Shown here: positions 61,420 to 64,000 of the stretch, in pieces
How the letters are laid out: every line of letters starts with the position of its first letter
Numbering within the stretch: the first letter of the stretch is position 1
Assembly (NCBI GenBank): GCA_013239625.1
Contig: MU054049.1
Span: forward strand, 757,015-821,014
From: Lama guanicoe
Taxonomy: Eukaryota
Reading direction: 5' to 3'
DNA length: 64,000 bases
Position numbers and translations under genes: made by a program
The notes under the pieces: model-generated
Told to the model about the DNA's origin: nothing
Databases searched by the model: none
What the model saw: the letters and a program-made list of their open reading frames with translations, nothing else

Positions 61420-62110
61420 GCCGCCGCCTGGCTGGAGTCGCTGGGCCGATCATGCTGCCATCCACTTCCCTTTTCTCCTCTGCTCGCCCAGTTGCCCCTC
61501 ATGCCCCGCTCGGGCCCCCATGGCCGCTGGCGTCACCGGCAAGGCTCCCTCGGCCGCCTCTCCTGGCTCCGGACCGACGGCTTGCCTTGGACTACATAAA
61601 CCTCAATGCATTATTTATCCATCTCAGAATTAATTCCCATCCGCACGAACCATTTAGAGGCTCAGTAACCGCTGCTGATCAATTACCGGGCCAGGGCGGG
61701 ACGGCCTGCCTGTCCCTCCGCCCGGCCCGGGCGCACGCGGCACAGTCCATCCCGGAGAGCGGAGCCGGAGGGAGGGACGGCGGGCGGATGCGAGAGGAGG
61801 GCGGGGCAGGCGGAGTCGGGTGGAGTGCGCGGTCCCAGCTGGTCCTGCGGTCCTGGCGGGCGGGCGGGCTCCGGGCTCGGATCCGCCCTCTGCGAGGGGA
61901 GGGCCGGCTGGAAAAACCGAGAGACTGCAGGGAATGCGCCGCCTCTGGCCATCCCAGGTCCGGGAGTCGGGGAGGGGGCCGGAGGGGAGAGGGCTCTTGA
62001 TCCCCTGCGGGCCAAGGACCCCTCCATCCAGGATCCGTCCACTGGGGGCCTGCTCTGCCCGATATTTCCTGCCAGGAGGGCCCCGGAGGCCGCCTATGAG
62101 CGCACAGTTC
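61420..62110 (-). promoter_or_regulatory. CpG-island promoter and 5' leader of ARHGAP22
   Basis: The clearly CpG-dense, GC-rich stretch directly upstream of the start codon. GC boxes (GGGCGG/CCGCCC) at ~61694, 61718, 61782, 61799, 61858, 61883. The TSS cannot be fixed from sequence. Confidence 0.85.
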
Positions 62111-62429
62111 CAACTGTTGAAAGACAGGTGTGTGTTGGAAGGAACATATGGCCGCGGCAGCATTCAGAGCCCCACGGGATGCGGGTTAGGAATGTTACCT
62201 TTCTCTCCCACCTTAATAAGGGGACAGGAATAAGAATGCGTGCGAAACACTTAGTTCAGGGCCTGCACGTGGTAAGTACGATCTCAAAACTGGGCACTGA
62301 GTGGTGAATCTCTAACTGCCGTGTTTCTGTTTAATACTAGCACAATTCTAAAGAGTGTACAGTAGGGATTTTGCGGGGGTTCAGCCTCAACAGACTAAAA
62401 AAAATGCCCAAGAAATGCCATCACAGTAC

Positions 62430-62635
62430 TAGTTCTCATGTATTAGGCACCTACTATGTGTCCTTGAGGCTGGTGCTTTATAGTAAGTATCTCATTTAAT
62501 TCTCAAATTCCCTGATGCCGGGAAATCTTTATTATGGCTTTTCAGACGAAGAAAATAAGGCACAGAAATGTTAGCTATCTTAGCCAGAGTCATACAGTCT
62601 TGTCAGGGCTGGAACCTGAACCCAGGGTGTCTCTC
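62430..62635 (-). mobile_element. MIR
   Basis: gcacctactatgtg...atctcatttaattctca...cagacgaagaaaataaggcacaga...ctggaacctgaacccagg. Confidence 0.72.
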
Positions 62636-64000
62636 TAATACCCCAATTCCAGCCACTTCCTGTAAAGGTTCCTGGCTGGAAAGCCCTCAGTGATTTCACT
62701 GGATGGTGAGGACCAGCGTTTGTGGATCCTGAAATCACCACCATGTACCCTGTTAAGCATTTGCGCCTGGAGCTGGGTTTTGGGGGCCAGGGTACTGTGT
62801 GATCCTCTTAAGAGCTGGAAGATGAGGGAACTGAACCTCTCTGCTTTGGACAATCACGCTCCTACCCTAATTCTCATATTGCCCCTATGTCTGCTCACCC
62901 CCAACTGTCATACTGATGTGTAATCGCCTCTAGCAGCTGGAAGGGAAAAAGGTCCAGAGGCTGGAGGTCCACTGGGAGTCCACTGCAGCAGTCCATGCTA
63001 GGGAGGGCAGGATCTGGACGATGGAGAGGAGAGGAGGGTTAGAGAGATTAAGGACTCACCAGGATATAGTGGGTTGAATGGCCAGGTTGCAGGGAGAGAG
63101 CAGAATCCCTGGAGACAAAGCTCTCTTACTCAGCATCAAGTCACTTATTCTGGCCCTCAGCCACTCCTCAGAAGGGTTGAGTAAGTATAAGTACGTTTGC
63201 TATAACGTTCAAGGCCTTTTATGGTGCTGTCAATGCCTTCCTCTGTGACCCATCTCTTGCTAACGCTACACACAACCAGATGCGCGCACAGCTTCTGCTC
63301 CTGGGTGCTCTGTTTCCTTCTCTCTGGAGTGTGAGTTTTAGCCACACAAGTCTGATCGTTCTAAGCAAGTCCCCTGTGAAACTGTCCCGATTCTACCACA
63401 GGAGCCATGAAGCACTTCCCAAGGGCTCTCATCTGTGTCCCTCTGACTGCCCAATGCCCCGCCTGCATGCCCAGCCCTGAGCTTCAGGTGGAATCAGGCC
63501 AGGAACCTCATGAGATTGGCTTGATGGACAGAGCCAAGACAGAATGACAGAATCTGCCTGCTGTTCCTTTTGGGCCAGGTAGAGGCCAGGTCAGGCTGGG
63601 GCAGAGGCCATCCAGTAGGAGAGGGGAGGACACAGAGCTGAAACATCTCATGTTGACATCAGGGTCACAGGGGGAGGGCCCGTGGCCAGTGCCAATGTCT
63701 TGAGCAATCATGAAAGCCTGTGAGTAATGCAGCCTGGGCCACTTCCTCTAAACCAGAGGCAGGAAAAAATGCCCTGAAGACTTAGTTTGGGTCCACTCAC
63801 ACTTGTTTTGGTTAAGAAACCACTCCCCGGGTGCTTTTCCTGTGCAGCTGTTTCCCCCGATGATATTTAGTGGCTGGGATTACCCGCCTGCTTTTCCAGG
63901 GATCAGTGTTGGAACTGGACAAAACCACAGAGGTTCTGAGCTCAAACCCAGAAGTAAAGCTGGGAAAAGGGTAGGACCCTGTACTGGAGAATGGTGGGGG

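Noticed and set aside
61401..62307. Several 120-200 aa ORFs over the promoter
   Set aside because: Stop-poor CpG-island sequence gives Arg/Pro/Gly/Ala-rich open frames on both strands.
1..64000. Prokaryote-type novel system (operon, defence locus, CRISPR) or a second protein-coding gene
   Set aside because: All recognisable coding signal belongs to ARHGAP22 or L1 remnants; the rest is typical eutherian intron.

Overview
Mammalian genomic DNA, most likely camelid (Vic-1-type tRNA-derived SINEs and artiodactyl-type L1 3' ends; I saw no Alu, Bov-B/Bov-tA or PRE-1). The window holds the 5' part of ARHGAP22 (Rac GAP with PH and RhoGAP domains) on the minus strand: a CpG-island promoter (~61.4-62.1 kb) and three coding exons (61380-61413, 35589-35788, 8358-8445). 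These splice in frame through GT-AG introns of 25,591 and 27,143 bp and encode residues 1-107, including most of the PH domain; the gene continues beyond position 1. The rest is intron, filled with L1, L2, MIR, SINEs, DNA transposons and solo LTRs. Repeat family names are recalled from consensus sequences by eye and need RepeatMasker/Dfam confirmation. Best leads: (i) a 5' leader with nine upstream ATGs covering all three frames, including a spliced 86-aa overlapping ORF; (ii) an Akt/14-3-3 motif built across the exon 1/2 junction, with a strong-Kozak Met19 just downstream; (iii) a young betaretrovirus-like solo LTR with a perfect 6-bp TSD; (iv) a possible SINE-derived poison exon; (v) PBX-HOX motif clusters. 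I found no support for a prokaryote-type or wholly new multi-gene system.
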